Shown: positions 53,340 to 62,731 of the stretch, one piece after another | Layout of the letters: every line of letters starts with the position of its first letter | Position numbering within the stretch: position 1 is the stretch's first letter | Assembly (NCBI GenBank): GCA_902587215.1 | Contig: CACIKJ010000002.1 | Coordinates: 6,273-70,272, forward strand | Direction of reading: 5' to 3' | DNA length: 64,000 nt | Origin: an uncultured Pelagibacteraceae bacterium | GTDB lineage: Bacteria > Pseudomonadota > Alphaproteobacteria > Pelagibacterales > Pelagibacteraceae | Notes under the pieces: generated by a model | What the model was told of the DNA's origin: nothing | Databases searched by the model: none | Seen by the model: the letters and a program-made list of their open reading frames with translations, nothing else | Program-made: the position numbers and the translations under genes

Positions 53340-54478
53340 TAAAAATAATTTTCTAAAATTTTATAGTATATTTTAGTTAATTTTTTTAAATCAGAAATTG
53401 GAGATCTTTCATCAACCATGTGAATAGTTGTATTTCTTAGACCTAACTCTAATCTAGGTATCGAGCCTAAAAATCTACTATCACTTGTACCCCCTCTACA
53501 ATTTAACTTTGCAGAATTACCTGTAACCTTTTTGACAATTTTTTTAACCATATAAATCTCTTTATTAGGTTTTGTATAGAAGGCTTCACCACTAACTCTA
53601 TATTCTATCTTAGTTTTACACTTCTCTTTTTTTGCAACACTATTAATTATTTTACTCAACTTTCTTTTAAGAGACGATGATTTATGTTTTGAATTAAATC
53701 TAACATTAAATTTTGCACTTGCAGATTGAGGTACCACATTTTCAGATAAATTATCCACATTTATTTTAGTAAACTCCAAGTTAGATGGAGGCATAAATTT
53801 AGTACCATTGTCTAAAGATACACTTTTTAATTTTGATATTACTTTTGCTAAGGCTGTACAAGGATTGATATAAGTTCCAGCAAACGCAGAGTGCCCACTT
53901 TTTCCATATATACTTACAACTCCATTCATAGAACCGCGCCTTCCAATTCGTATTTCGTCACCAACCGATCTATTTGATGATGGCTCTCCAACAATAGTAA
54001 AATCTATTCTTTCATCTTTCTTTCTTAGGTATTTCATAACTGCGGGACATCCATGACCCGTAGTTTCTTCATCAGCTGAAATAATAATTGAAATAGATCC
54101 TTGAAATTTTTTATTTTTAATAAAATTACTAACCGCACTTATCCAACAAGCTACACCACCTTTCATATCTTGAGATCCTCTACCGTTTAAGTATCCTTTT
54201 TTCACAACAGCTTTAAATGGTGGGATTTTCCAATTTTTAAGATTAGCAACTACGTCAGTATGCCCTAGAAAGTTTATATGAGGTTTTGATTTACCAAATC
54301 TTGCATACAAATTTAAAGCTGGCTTTGAACCAGTTCCTTTTGATTTAATAATTTTACATCTAAAACCAATGGCAGTGAGTTTTTTTGATAAGAATCTCAT
54401 TATACCTTTATCTTCAGTTTTTACAGTTGGAAATCTGATTAGCTCTTGAGCTAATTTTATTTCATTATACGTTTTCAT
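53339..54478 (-). CDS. dapE: succinyl-diaminopimelate desuccinylase
   Basis: GHTDVV, GRGSQDMKG, DEE, GEP, GRRGS, GGTSD; follows dapD. Confidence 0.9.
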   Translation of the reverse strand: MKTYNEIKLAQELIRFPTVKTEDKGIMRFLSKKLTAIGFRCKIIKSKGTGSKPALNLYARFGKSKPHINFLGHTDVVANLKNWKIPPFKAVVKKGYLNGRGSQDMKGGVACWISAVSNFIKNKKFQGSISIIISADEETTGHGCPAVMKYLRKKDERIDFTIVGEPSSNRSVGDEIRIGRRGSMNGVVSIYGKSGHSAFAGTYINPCTALAKVISKLKSVSLDNGTKFMPPSNLEFTKINVDNLSENVVPQSASAKFNVRFNSKHKSSSLKRKLSKIINSVAKKEKCKTKIEYRVSGEAFYTKPNKEIYMVKKIVKKVTGNSAKLNCRGGTSDSRFLGSIPRLELGLRNTTIHMVDERSPISDLKKLTKIYYKILENYF

Positions 54479-54482
54479 TAAT

Positions 54483-55313
54483 TTATTCTCTTAAAAGATC
54501 ATTAATTGAAGTTTTTGATCTCGTTTTTTCGTCGACTTGTTTAATTATAACAGCACAGCTTAGTGATGGTCCAGATGGATTTTTCTTATCTGGCAAAGTG
54601 CCTGGTACAACAACAGAATATGGTGGAATTTTTCCATAAATTATTTTACCAGTTGATCTATTTACAATTTTTGTTGATTGACCAATAAACATTCCCATGC
54701 TCAATACAGAACCTTCTCCAACAATCACGCCCTCCACAACCTCTGACATAGCTCCTAAAAAAACATTATCCTCAATAATTGTTGGTAGTGCCTGAGCTGG
54801 TTCAAGTACTCCACCTACACCACTACCAGCTGATATATGACAATTTTTTCCAATTTGACTGCAGCTACCAGCTCTTGCAAAAGTATCGATCATTGTACCT
54901 GAATCTATGTAAGCTCCAATGTTAACATAGCATGGCATTAAAACTGCGTTTTTCCCAATAAAAGATCCTTTTCTAACTGGTGAATTGGGAACCATTCTAA
55001 AACCAGCTTTCTCATGATCTTCTCTTGTCCATCCTGCTGTTTTTCCTTTTAGTAAATGAGCTTTATCATACCAACTGCTGTAAGGACCATTTAAATTTTC
55101 CATTGGATAAATCCTAAAGCTAAGCATTATTGCTTTTTTTAAATGTTGGTGTGTTACCCACTCGCCGTTTATTTTCTCAGCCACTCTGGATTTACCACTA
55201 TCTAAATCTTCAATAACTTGATTAATAGCGTCCTTTATAGATTTATTAGAATCTTGATTAATTTGATCTCTATCTTCCCAAGCATCATTTATAATTTTTT
55301 CTAAATTACTCAT
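54483..55313 (-). CDS. dapD: tetrahydrodipicolinate N-succinyltransferase
   Basis: LDSGKSRVAEK, VNIGAY, GGVLEP, KTSINDLLR. Confidence 0.96.
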   Translation of the reverse strand: MSNLEKIINDAWEDRDQINQDSNKSIKDAINQVIEDLDSGKSRVAEKINGEWVTHQHLKKAIMLSFRIYPMENLNGPYSSWYDKAHLLKGKTAGWTREDHEKAGFRMVPNSPVRKGSFIGKNAVLMPCYVNIGAYIDSGTMIDTFARAGSCSQIGKNCHISAGSGVGGVLEPAQALPTIIEDNVFLGAMSEVVEGVIVGEGSVLSMGMFIGQSTKIVNRSTGKIIYGKIPPYSVVVPGTLPDKKNPSGPSLSCAVIIKQVDEKTRSKTSINDLLRE

Positions 55314-55317
55314 AATT

Positions 55318-56007
55318 TTATTGTTCTTTTAATAACCTTATTTTTTTTAAAAATAAAGCAAGATTATCAATTTTATAATCTACCACATCTTTATATTTAT
55401 CAATGTTATTTATTGGCTCATCATTTTTAAACCAAACTTTGATCATATTTTTTGCTGTTTCAGATGTAAGGTTTTTACAAATATCCTCCACGTAAACAGT
55501 TTCATCATTATCAGGTATTTGAAATTTGTCACATAACAATCTAAGAGATTCAGGATTTGGTTTTGGTTTAAATTTAAAGTCTACAATATCCATGACTTTA
55601 CCTTCAAACAAATCATCTATACCTATTCTTTTCATACAATTTATAGCATGTTCCCTACTTCCATTGGTTGCGCAATATGCTTTTACATCTAGTTTTAATA
55701 ATTCTTCTCTAAGTTCAACGTCTTTATCAAGACAATCATAGTTAATTGAATGGACAAATTTTAAAAATTCATGAGCATCAATTTTATCAGGGTGGTTAAT
55801 AAGAAGTCCATTTAATGAAGTGTCATGCTTGTAAAAATATTCTGATTGGATTTTTTTTGCCTCAATTTTATCAATATCAAGTTTTAGTGATATAAATTCT
55901 GTCATTCTGGCGGATACTTGACCAAATAACGTTTTTAAATATTTAGGATGATATACACAACCATCCATATCAAGAATTAGATATTTAATTTTTTTTAAAT
56001 CTCTCAT
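55318..56007 (-). CDS. HAD hydrolase (pyrimidine 5'-nucleotidase-like)
   Basis: LDMDGCVY, TNG, PKP, VED; usual position between argB and dapD. Confidence 0.8.
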   Translation of the reverse strand: MRDLKKIKYLILDMDGCVYHPKYLKTLFGQVSARMTEFISLKLDIDKIEAKKIQSEYFYKHDTSLNGLLINHPDKIDAHEFLKFVHSINYDCLDKDVELREELLKLDVKAYCATNGSREHAINCMKRIGIDDLFEGKVMDIVDFKFKPKPNPESLRLLCDKFQIPDNDETVYVEDICKNLTSETAKNMIKVWFKNDEPINNIDKYKDVVDYKIDNLALFLKKIRLLKEQ

Positions 56008-56849
56008 TTTCTGATCAATGTACCCGCACCCTTATCAGAAAATATTTCAAATAAAATTGAGTGAGGCTTTCTTCCATCAACAATGACCACACCTGTAACT
56101 CCATTATTCACAGCATCAAGACATGTATTAATTTTTGGGATCATGCCTTCAGTTATAGTTTCATCTTTAATCATTTGGAGAATTTCAGTCGATGTAATTT
56201 CTTCTATTAAATTTTTTTGTTTGTTTAGAACACCCTCTATATTTGTCATTAAAATCAATCTTCTTGCTTTTAAAGATTTAGCTATTGCTCCTGCGGCCGT
56301 ATCTCCATTTATATTATAGGTTTGATTATCTTTTAACCCTAAAGGAGAAATTATTGGGACCATTTTTTTTTCTAAAACATTTTTAATTATATCTTTATTA
56401 ATTTCATTAGGCTTTCCAACAAATCCAAGCTCTTCAGACTCTGGAATTATTTTTATAACATTATTATTTTTAGTGTTAATTGGGATTGCATCTGTACCTC
56501 TTTTTTTTAAAGACTCAACAATATCATTATTAAAATCAATTAACACGTTTTCGACTATATTTATTATTTTTTCATCTGTTACTCTTAGACCTCTAATAAA
56601 TTTGGATTGAATATTTGATTTATCTAATTCTCTTTTAATTCTTGGTCCACCACCATGAATAACAACAATCGAAAGACCCAATTTATTTAGTACGCTTATA
56701 TCCTCAACAAAGTTATTAAATATATTTCTATCTATAAAAACATTGCCTCCATACTTAATAACAATTAAATCATTTTTATATTTATCAATATATTTTTTGA
56801 CTTCATTGATGGATGGTCCATCTATGGGAAGCAAATCTTCTATTTTCAT
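56004..56849 (-). CDS. argB: acetylglutamate kinase
   Basis: VIKYGG, HGGGP, GLRVTD, NINGD, GMIPK. Confidence 0.96.
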   Translation of the reverse strand: MKIEDLLPIDGPSINEVKKYIDKYKNDLIVIKYGGNVFIDRNIFNNFVEDISVLNKLGLSIVVIHGGGPRIKRELDKSNIQSKFIRGLRVTDEKIINIVENVLIDFNNDIVESLKKRGTDAIPINTKNNNVIKIIPESEELGFVGKPNEINKDIIKNVLEKKMVPIISPLGLKDNQTYNINGDTAAGAIAKSLKARRLILMTNIEGVLNKQKNLIEEITSTEILQMIKDETITEGMIPKINTCLDAVNNGVTGVVIVDGRKPHSILFEIFSDKGAGTLIRK

Positions 56850-56851
56850 TT

Positions 56852-58537
56852 CTATACTTGAGTTTTTACAGTTGTCTTCTTCATGATAACAACTTGCTGC
56901 ATCATCGTGAAAATATTATTAAAAGTCCAATAAATAACTAATCCACTAGGGAAGGGAGCTAATATTACCGTTAAAAATAGTGGGAAAAACATAAATATTT
57001 TAGCCTGAATTGGATCTGGCGGCGCTGGATTTAATTTTTGTTGTAGATACATAGTAAGACCCATTAAACACGGCCACGCTCCAATAATTAAAAAATTTGG
57101 AACATCAAATGGAATTAATCCAAAAGCATTAAATATACTTGTAGGATCTCTTTCGCTTAAGTCGTTTATCCATCCAAAAAATGGCTGGTGTCTCATTTCA
57201 ATTGTAACAAATAACATTTTATAAATTGCAAAGAAGAAAGGTATTTGTAGCAAGATTGGAAAACATCCACTTAAAGGGTTTACTTTTTCTCTACGATATA
57301 AAGCCATCATTTCTTGTTGAAGTTTAACTTTATCCTCTTTATGCAATTCCTTTAGTCTTGCCATTTCTGGCTGAAGAAGTTTCATACGGGCCATTGATTT
57401 AAACGACATATTTGCAAGTGGAAAGAATGCAATACGTATACAAATTGTAATTAAAATTATTGCTACACCAAAATTTCCTGAAAAATTAAAGAAGTAATCA
57501 ATTGCAAAGAACAACGGTTTTACTAACCAATAAAACCAACCCCAATCAATAACTAAGTCAAATTTACTTATTTGCTGGTCTTGTGCATAACCGTCAATAA
57601 TATCAACTTCTTTTGCAGCAACTATAACTCTAAAAGAATTTGATCTAGTTTCGTTTGCACCAACAGTTGTTGGTTTATTTTCTATAAAGCTTGCTTTAAA
57701 TTTATTCTTATAATCAAAATCCGCTCTGAAAGATTTGTTTTGCTCAGGAATGATGCTTGCTACCCAGTATTTATCAACTATAGAAACATATCCTTCTTCA
57801 GCATTTTTTGAATATGATTTATCCTCAATATCATCATAATCCTCTTCAACTAGTTCACCATCAAACACACCAAGCAAACCTTCATGAAGTATATAAAAGT
57901 TAGTTACTTCAGGAGCTGTATTTCTTACAACTTGTCCATAAGGATAAAAACTATAAGTTTTTTCAGAATTATTAATTATTTTTTGCTCAATGTTGAACAA
58001 AAATTTGTCATCTATTGTAATTATCTTTTCAAAGGTAATATTATTATTATTTGTCCATACTAATTTTACGGGATTATTAGGAGTAAGTTGATTGTTTCCC
58101 TCAACTTTCCAAACCGTCTTATTATTTGGAGTTTCAATTTCATTATTATTTATTGCCCATCCCGAGTCAATATAATACCCAGTCTTAATTTCTTTTGGAT
58201 TTAATAAGGTTACTTTTTCATTGCCATCAACTGTAGTTGTATAATTTTTAAAAGTAAGGTCATCAATTATTCCTCCACTTAAAGATATTGAGCCAATCAC
58301 ATTTTCATTTTCAAAATTAACTCTTTCACTTTCTTCAAGTGCATTTTCTCTTGTGATTATTTTTATTTCTTCATTTTCAATTAATTTGGGAGCATCCTCA
58401 TTATTTGTAAGTTCACCTATTTCTTTTTCTAATTGTCCCTCTTTTACTTGTCGAGGTTCTGGTGCAAAAAATAAACCCCATAGCACAATTATTGCAGCAC
58501 TTAAGGAAACAGCAGCTAAAGTGTTTTTTAAATCCAT
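56852..58537 (-). CDS. yidC: membrane protein insertase
   Basis: IDWGWF, NFGVAII, NPLSGCFP, FPSGLVIYW. Confidence 0.97.
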   Translation of the reverse strand: MDLKNTLAAVSLSAAIIVLWGLFFAPEPRQVKEGQLEKEIGELTNNEDAPKLIENEEIKIITRENALEESERVNFENENVIGSISLSGGIIDDLTFKNYTTTVDGNEKVTLLNPKEIKTGYYIDSGWAINNNEIETPNNKTVWKVEGNNQLTPNNPVKLVWTNNNNITFEKIITIDDKFLFNIEQKIINNSEKTYSFYPYGQVVRNTAPEVTNFYILHEGLLGVFDGELVEEDYDDIEDKSYSKNAEEGYVSIVDKYWVASIIPEQNKSFRADFDYKNKFKASFIENKPTTVGANETRSNSFRVIVAAKEVDIIDGYAQDQQISKFDLVIDWGWFYWLVKPLFFAIDYFFNFSGNFGVAIILITICIRIAFFPLANMSFKSMARMKLLQPEMARLKELHKEDKVKLQQEMMALYRREKVNPLSGCFPILLQIPFFFAIYKMLFVTIEMRHQPFFGWINDLSERDPTSIFNAFGLIPFDVPNFLIIGAWPCLMGLTMYLQQKLNPAPPDPIQAKIFMFFPLFLTVILAPFPSGLVIYWTFNNIFTMMQQVVIMKKTTVKTQV

Positions 58538-58761
58538 TAATTTTTACCTTTCTTAACAGGATCATATCCGTGTCCACCAAGTGGATGACAGGACAAAATT
58601 CTTTTGAAACCTTTTGCAGTCCCTCTCAAAATTCCATATTCATTTAGACAATCAATAAAATAATCAGAACAGGTTGGAAGATATCTGCAGCTTGGTCCAA
58701 AAATAGGGGATAGAATTAATTTATACAGTCTAATAATAAATATAAATAATTTTTTAATCAT
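58537..58761 (-). CDS. yidD: membrane protein insertion efficiency factor
   Basis: CRYLPTCSDY, RILSCHP, GYDPV. Confidence 0.95.
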   Translation of the reverse strand: MIKKLFIFIIRLYKLILSPIFGPSCRYLPTCSDYFIDCLNEYGILRGTAKGFKRILSCHPLGGHGYDPVKKGKN

Positions 58762-59099
58762 CTTACTTTTGTTAAATCTTTTAATATAGACTCTTTTATC
58801 ATTTTATAATTTCCATTATAAAGGTTTTTCTTTGCAATAAACAAATAAGAATAATTAAGGTCCATATTTATTGTCTTAACTGCATCATTCATAATATTTC
58901 TTAATCTTCTTTTTATTTTGTTTCTTTTTACTGCATTGCCAATTTTTTTTTTGGTAACAAAACTTACATTTAAATATTTATTGTTTTTTGAAGAAATCTT
59001 TTTGAAGAAGATTGTTGAATATTGATTAGCTATTTTTCTGCCACTCAACAAATTCTTAAAATCCTCATTCTTTGAGAGACTTGAGATCCTGCTCTTCAT
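58758..59099 (-). CDS. rnpA: RNase P protein component
   Basis: KKIGNAVKRNKIKRRLR RNR-type motif. Confidence 0.93.
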   Translation of the reverse strand: MKSRISSLSKNEDFKNLLSGRKIANQYSTIFFKKISSKNNKYLNVSFVTKKKIGNAVKRNKIKRRLRNIMNDAVKTINMDLNYSYLFIAKKNLYNGNYKMIKESILKDLTKVR

Positions 59100-59233
59100 T
59101 AAACTGAAAGTTTTTTTCTACCTTTTTTTCTTCTATTTTTTAGAACTTTTTGTCTTTTTTTTGTAGACATTCTAGATCTAAAACCGTGTTTTCTTTTTCT
59201 TTTTACTTTACTTGGATGCCAGGTTCTTTTCAT
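59099..59233 (-). CDS. rpmH: 50S ribosomal protein L34
   Basis: Hand translation [44 protein letters not shown]; TAATG overlap with rnpA. Confidence 0.96.
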   Translation of the reverse strand: MKRTWHPSKVKRKRKHGFRSRMSTKKRQKVLKNRRKKGRKKLSV

Positions 59234-59315
59234 AGATTATTAAAATATTGTTAAAATTTCGTTCTTATAGAAAATAAAACTATATAAGTACAGGTATTTT
59301 TAATAAATTATACCC

Positions 59316-60032
59316 ATGAACAAGATAAAAAATATCAAAATAGTTCTAGGAATTTCATACATATTGGTAATTTCGATTTTTTTATGGTTTTTTTTTCAAA
59401 ATTTTTCAATCCAAGATTTTACAAGTTATGAATTAATTAAAGCTAATAGGGAGACTCTTGAAGCAATTAAAAGCAACAATATATTCTTATCTAGTCTTTT
59501 ATTTTTTCTGGGTACAATAATTTGGGTCTTACTTTTAGGTTTTGGATCACCAATATTTTTAGTTGGAGGTTTTATTTTTGGTAAATGGCTAGGAACTTTA
59601 TTGGTAGTTTTTGGATTATCTACTGGCGCTACTCTTCTTTATATAACCGCAAATTTTTTTTTCAAAGATGTTATCAAAGAAAAATTTTCAATTAGATTTA
59701 ATAATTTAACTGAGAGGTTTAAAAAAAATGAATTTGTGTTTTTTTTAATCTATAGGTTTGTAGGAGGTATTCCTTTTTTTATATCAAATATTTTACCAAC
59801 TTTGTTTAATATTAAAATTAAAAATTTCTTTTTTGGATCAATATTAGGTATGGCACCGCAGCTTTTCGTTGGAGTATCTTTGGGCGCAGGATTAAGTAAA
59901 ATTTTGGATGAAAATAAAGAACCTCCAAATTTTTTTGAGCTAATTTCAACACCAGATATTTATTTACCAATTATTGGAATAATAATTCTAGTATTAATTG
60001 CTATTTACCTAAGAAAATATTTTTTCAAATAA
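59316..60032 (+). CDS. TVP38/TMEM64 (DedA superfamily) membrane protein
   Basis: GGFIFG, GATLLY, RFVGGIPF, FFFGSILG. Confidence 0.8.
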   Translation: MNKIKNIKIVLGISYILVISIFLWFFFQNFSIQDFTSYELIKANRETLEAIKSNNIFLSSLLFFLGTIIWVLLLGFGSPIFLVGGFIFGKWLGTLLVVFGLSTGATLLYITANFFFKDVIKEKFSIRFNNLTERFKKNEFVFFLIYRFVGGIPFFISNILPTLFNIKIKNFFFGSILGMAPQLFVGVSLGAGLSKILDENKEPPNFFELISTPDIYLPIIGIIILVLIAIYLRKYFFK

Positions 60033-60033
60033 C

Positions 60034-60107
60034 TGGTGCCCCGACCCAGAATTGAACTGGAAACTGATCCTTACCATGGATCTGTTATACCATTTAACTA
60101 TCGGGGC
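60034..60107 (-). tRNA. tRNA-Thr(GGT)
   Basis: Reverse complement GCCCCGATAGTTAAATGGTATAACA-GATCC-ATGGTAA-GGATC...GTTCAATT...TCGGGGCACCA. Confidence 0.95.
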
Positions 60108-60192
60108 ATTTTATCAACAATATTGTATAAAACTGAATTTGACAAACTATTGACTTAATTTATAAGTAAATATCAGACAAAGGAATGACACC

Positions 60193-60405
60193 ATGGGAAT
60201 ACATTACGATTATAAAAGCACCAGAGGTGCCAAAGCAATGGAAAAGCAAGCTAAGAGAGAAAAGAAGCTTGCAGAAAAAAGAGCTAAGAAACAGGCTAAA
60301 GCTCAAGAAAAAGGTTTAGTTGATAAAATTGAAAAAAAGGATCAAACAATTCCATTAGATACAGTTATCACGCTAGATCATTTAACGAACCCAGACAAAA
60401 AATAG
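60193..60405 (+). CDS. small Lys/Glu/Ala-rich hypothetical protein
   Basis: 70 aa, SD AAGGA upstream, TTGACA-N16-TATAAG at 60139-60166. Confidence 0.75.
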   Translation: MGIHYDYKSTRGAKAMEKQAKREKKLAEKRAKKQAKAQEKGLVDKIEKKDQTIPLDTVITLDHLTNPDKK

Positions 60406-60412
60406 TAAATAG

Positions 60413-60541
60413 ATGAATAAAAAAAGAAAGCCATCAGAGCTTGATCTTCAAAATGCGTTAAGAAAAAATTTAAAAAAAAGAAAAATTTTACAAAAAAAAA
60501 TTATAAAAAAAAATGATACTCAGCGACAAACAAATAACTAA
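60413..60541 (+). CDS. small basic hypothetical protein, 42 aa
   Basis: Hand translation MNKKRKPSELDLQNALRKNLKKRKILQKKIIKKNDTQRQTNN; fills the gap before dcd and overlaps its start. Confidence 0.5.
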   Translation: MNKKRKPSELDLQNALRKNLKKRKILQKKIIKKNDTQRQTNN

Positions 60542-61064
60542 ACTTGCTGAAGAACATGAAATGATCTCTCCTTTTGTAGATAAAAGTGTTTCAAAAGGAA
60601 TCAGCCACGGACTCAATTCTTTTGGTTACGATCTTAGATGCGGATCAGAATTTAAAATATTTACTAATATAAAGGGAGCAACTGCAGATCCAAAAAATTT
60701 TAGTGAGGATAATTTTATTACTGTTAAAGGAGAGGAATCTATTTTGATACCACCCAATTCATTTGCACTTGCTAGTAGTTTAGAATATTTCAAAATGCCA
60801 CGTAATGTAACAGGTCTTGTAACAGCAAAATCTACTTATGCTAGATGTGGTTTAGGTGTGCCACCAACTGTTCTTGAAGCAGGTTGGGAAGGAAATCTAG
60901 TACTAGAATTTTCAAATCATACAAGTAACTCAATTAGATTATATGCTAATAGTGGAGCTGCCCAAATTTTGTTTTTTCAAGGCGAGCAACCCGCAGTTTC
61001 TTATTCAGATAGAAAAGGGAAATACAATTTTCAAACAGGAATTACTTTAGCTAAATCAAAATAA
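60513..61064 (+). CDS. dcd: dCTP deaminase
   Basis: GYDLRC, IPPNSFAL, KSTYARCG, LEAGWEG, SYSDRKGKY. Confidence 0.95.
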   Translation: MILSDKQITKLAEEHEMISPFVDKSVSKGISHGLNSFGYDLRCGSEFKIFTNIKGATADPKNFSEDNFITVKGEESILIPPNSFALASSLEYFKMPRNVTGLVTAKSTYARCGLGVPPTVLEAGWEGNLVLEFSNHTSNSIRLYANSGAAQILFFQGEQPAVSYSDRKGKYNFQTGITLAKSK

Positions 61065-61065
61065 A

Positions 61066-62340
61066 ATGAAAAGATTTACAATTAAAGGCCCTAATAAAGC
61101 TATTAAGGGTGAAGTTAATATAAGTGGGGCTAAAAATTCTTGTCTTCCGTTAATGGCAGCATCTATTTTGTTTAAAAATAAAATCACCCTTAGAAATGTT
61201 CCATTTGTAAAAGATGTACATACTATGAAAGATCTTTTAGTTTCACTGGGTGCTAGAGTTGATTTCTCGATATCAAAGAAAATGATGACAATAACCAATA
61301 ATAAAAACCATAAATTAGTTGTACCGTATAATTTAGTTTCAACCATGAGGGCTGGTGTTTTAACAATGGGTCCACTTTTAGCCAGATACCCCAAAAAAAA
61401 AATTAAAGTTGCATTAGGTGGAGGATGCGCATTAGGAGTTAGAGATACTAATTGGCACCTTTCTGGATTTAAAAGCTTAGGAGCTACAAATAGTTTAGAG
61501 AAAGGATATGTAAATATCTCTTCCAAACAAGGTTTGAAAGGTGGAAAATACAAATTTCCAAAAGTCAGTGTTACAGGAACATCAAACTTAATAATGGCCT
61601 CTATTTTTGCTAAAGGAATACATTTTATAAAAAATATTTCAATCGAGCCTGAAGTTCTAGACTTAATTAATTTTTTAAATATGTCTGGAGCAAAAATCAA
61701 ATTTTTGGGAAAAAGATCTATAAAAATTACTGGTGTGAATGAACTTGTTAATGGAACACATAGTATTATTGGAGATAGGATAGAAGCATTTAGTTATTTA
61801 TGTGTTGGGGCAATTACAAGAGGAAAAATAAAAACTAATAATATCAATCCTAATCAACTAAGTTCAGAAATTAGTGTATTAAAAAAAATTGGCTATAAAA
61901 TTGAAGCAAAAAATAATTCTATAAAAATATATCCTGGGGCCAAACTTAAACCAATCAATATAAAAACTGGACCATTTCCTAATTTCGCAACTGATAATAT
62001 GCCAATGATATTGGCAGTATTAACAACTATATCAGGAAAAAGTCAAATCGAAGAAACAATCTTTTCAAATCGATTTATGGCAGCTCCAGAACTAAATAGA
62101 ATGGGTGCTAAAATAAATATAAAAAAAAATAAAGCTACTATTATTGGTCAAAAAAAACTTTATTCTGCAGATTGTATTTCTTCTGATTTAAGAACTACAT
62201 TTTCAATTATACTTGGTGCCATTGCTGCAAAAGGATCATCAACAATTTCAAGAGTCTATCATGGACTAAGAGGTTATTATAATCTTGAACAAAAGCTTAA
62301 AAAAATAGGAATTAAAATAAATTCAAATAATAATGGCTGA
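61066..62340 (+). CDS. murA: UDP-N-acetylglucosamine 1-carboxyvinyltransferase
   Basis: SGAKN, GGCALGVR, SVTGT, DRIEA, DLR, RGY. Confidence 0.93.
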   Translation: MKRFTIKGPNKAIKGEVNISGAKNSCLPLMAASILFKNKITLRNVPFVKDVHTMKDLLVSLGARVDFSISKKMMTITNNKNHKLVVPYNLVSTMRAGVLTMGPLLARYPKKKIKVALGGGCALGVRDTNWHLSGFKSLGATNSLEKGYVNISSKQGLKGGKYKFPKVSVTGTSNLIMASIFAKGIHFIKNISIEPEVLDLINFLNMSGAKIKFLGKRSIKITGVNELVNGTHSIIGDRIEAFSYLCVGAITRGKIKTNNINPNQLSSEISVLKKIGYKIEAKNNSIKIYPGAKLKPINIKTGPFPNFATDNMPMILAVLTTISGKSQIEETIFSNRFMAAPELNRMGAKINIKKNKATIIGQKKLYSADCISSDLRTTFSIILGAIAAKGSSTISRVYHGLRGYYNLEQKLKKIGIKINSNNNG

Positions 62341-62731
62341 TAAATTTTTAAAGAAAATAATAGCTCAAAATCAAGAAGACATCAGGGTTATTTCTGCTTT
62401 ATGTTCTGAGGCAAAAGTAAAACTAACAGATATAAAGTTTTTAAAAAAAAATAAAATTTTTTTAATATCTTTAATAAGAGATAATAAAGAAAAAGCGGAT
62501 AGTAAAGAAAAAATAAATAGTATTATAAAATTTGAATTTATTGAAGAATCGAAGTCTAAAAATATAGACCAAAATAATGAGGAAAGTATTTTAGAACTTC
62601 TAGCTGTAGAGACCTATAAAAAAGAAAATAATTATGAAATAATTCTGTTATTTTCAAATAATGGAATTATAAACCTTTTTTGTGAAATAATTGACTGTAC
62701 ACTAGAAGACGTGAAAATAAGAAATGATTAA
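62333..62731 (+). CDS. DUF2948-like protein
   Basis: AQNQEDIRVISAL, LELLAV, I-x-L-x-CE-x-ID-x-x-LED; usual position between murA and hisD. Confidence 0.75.
   Translation: MADKFLKKIIAQNQEDIRVISALCSEAKVKLTDIKFLKKNKIFLISLIRDNKEKADSKEKINSIIKFEFIEESKSKNIDQNNEESILELLAVETYKKENNYEIILLFSNNGIINLFCEIIDCTLEDVKIRND

Noticed and set aside
53751-53759. DnaA box TTATCCACA, and a possible oriC near rpmH
   Set aside because: Single box inside dapE; no box cluster and no dnaA next to rpmH
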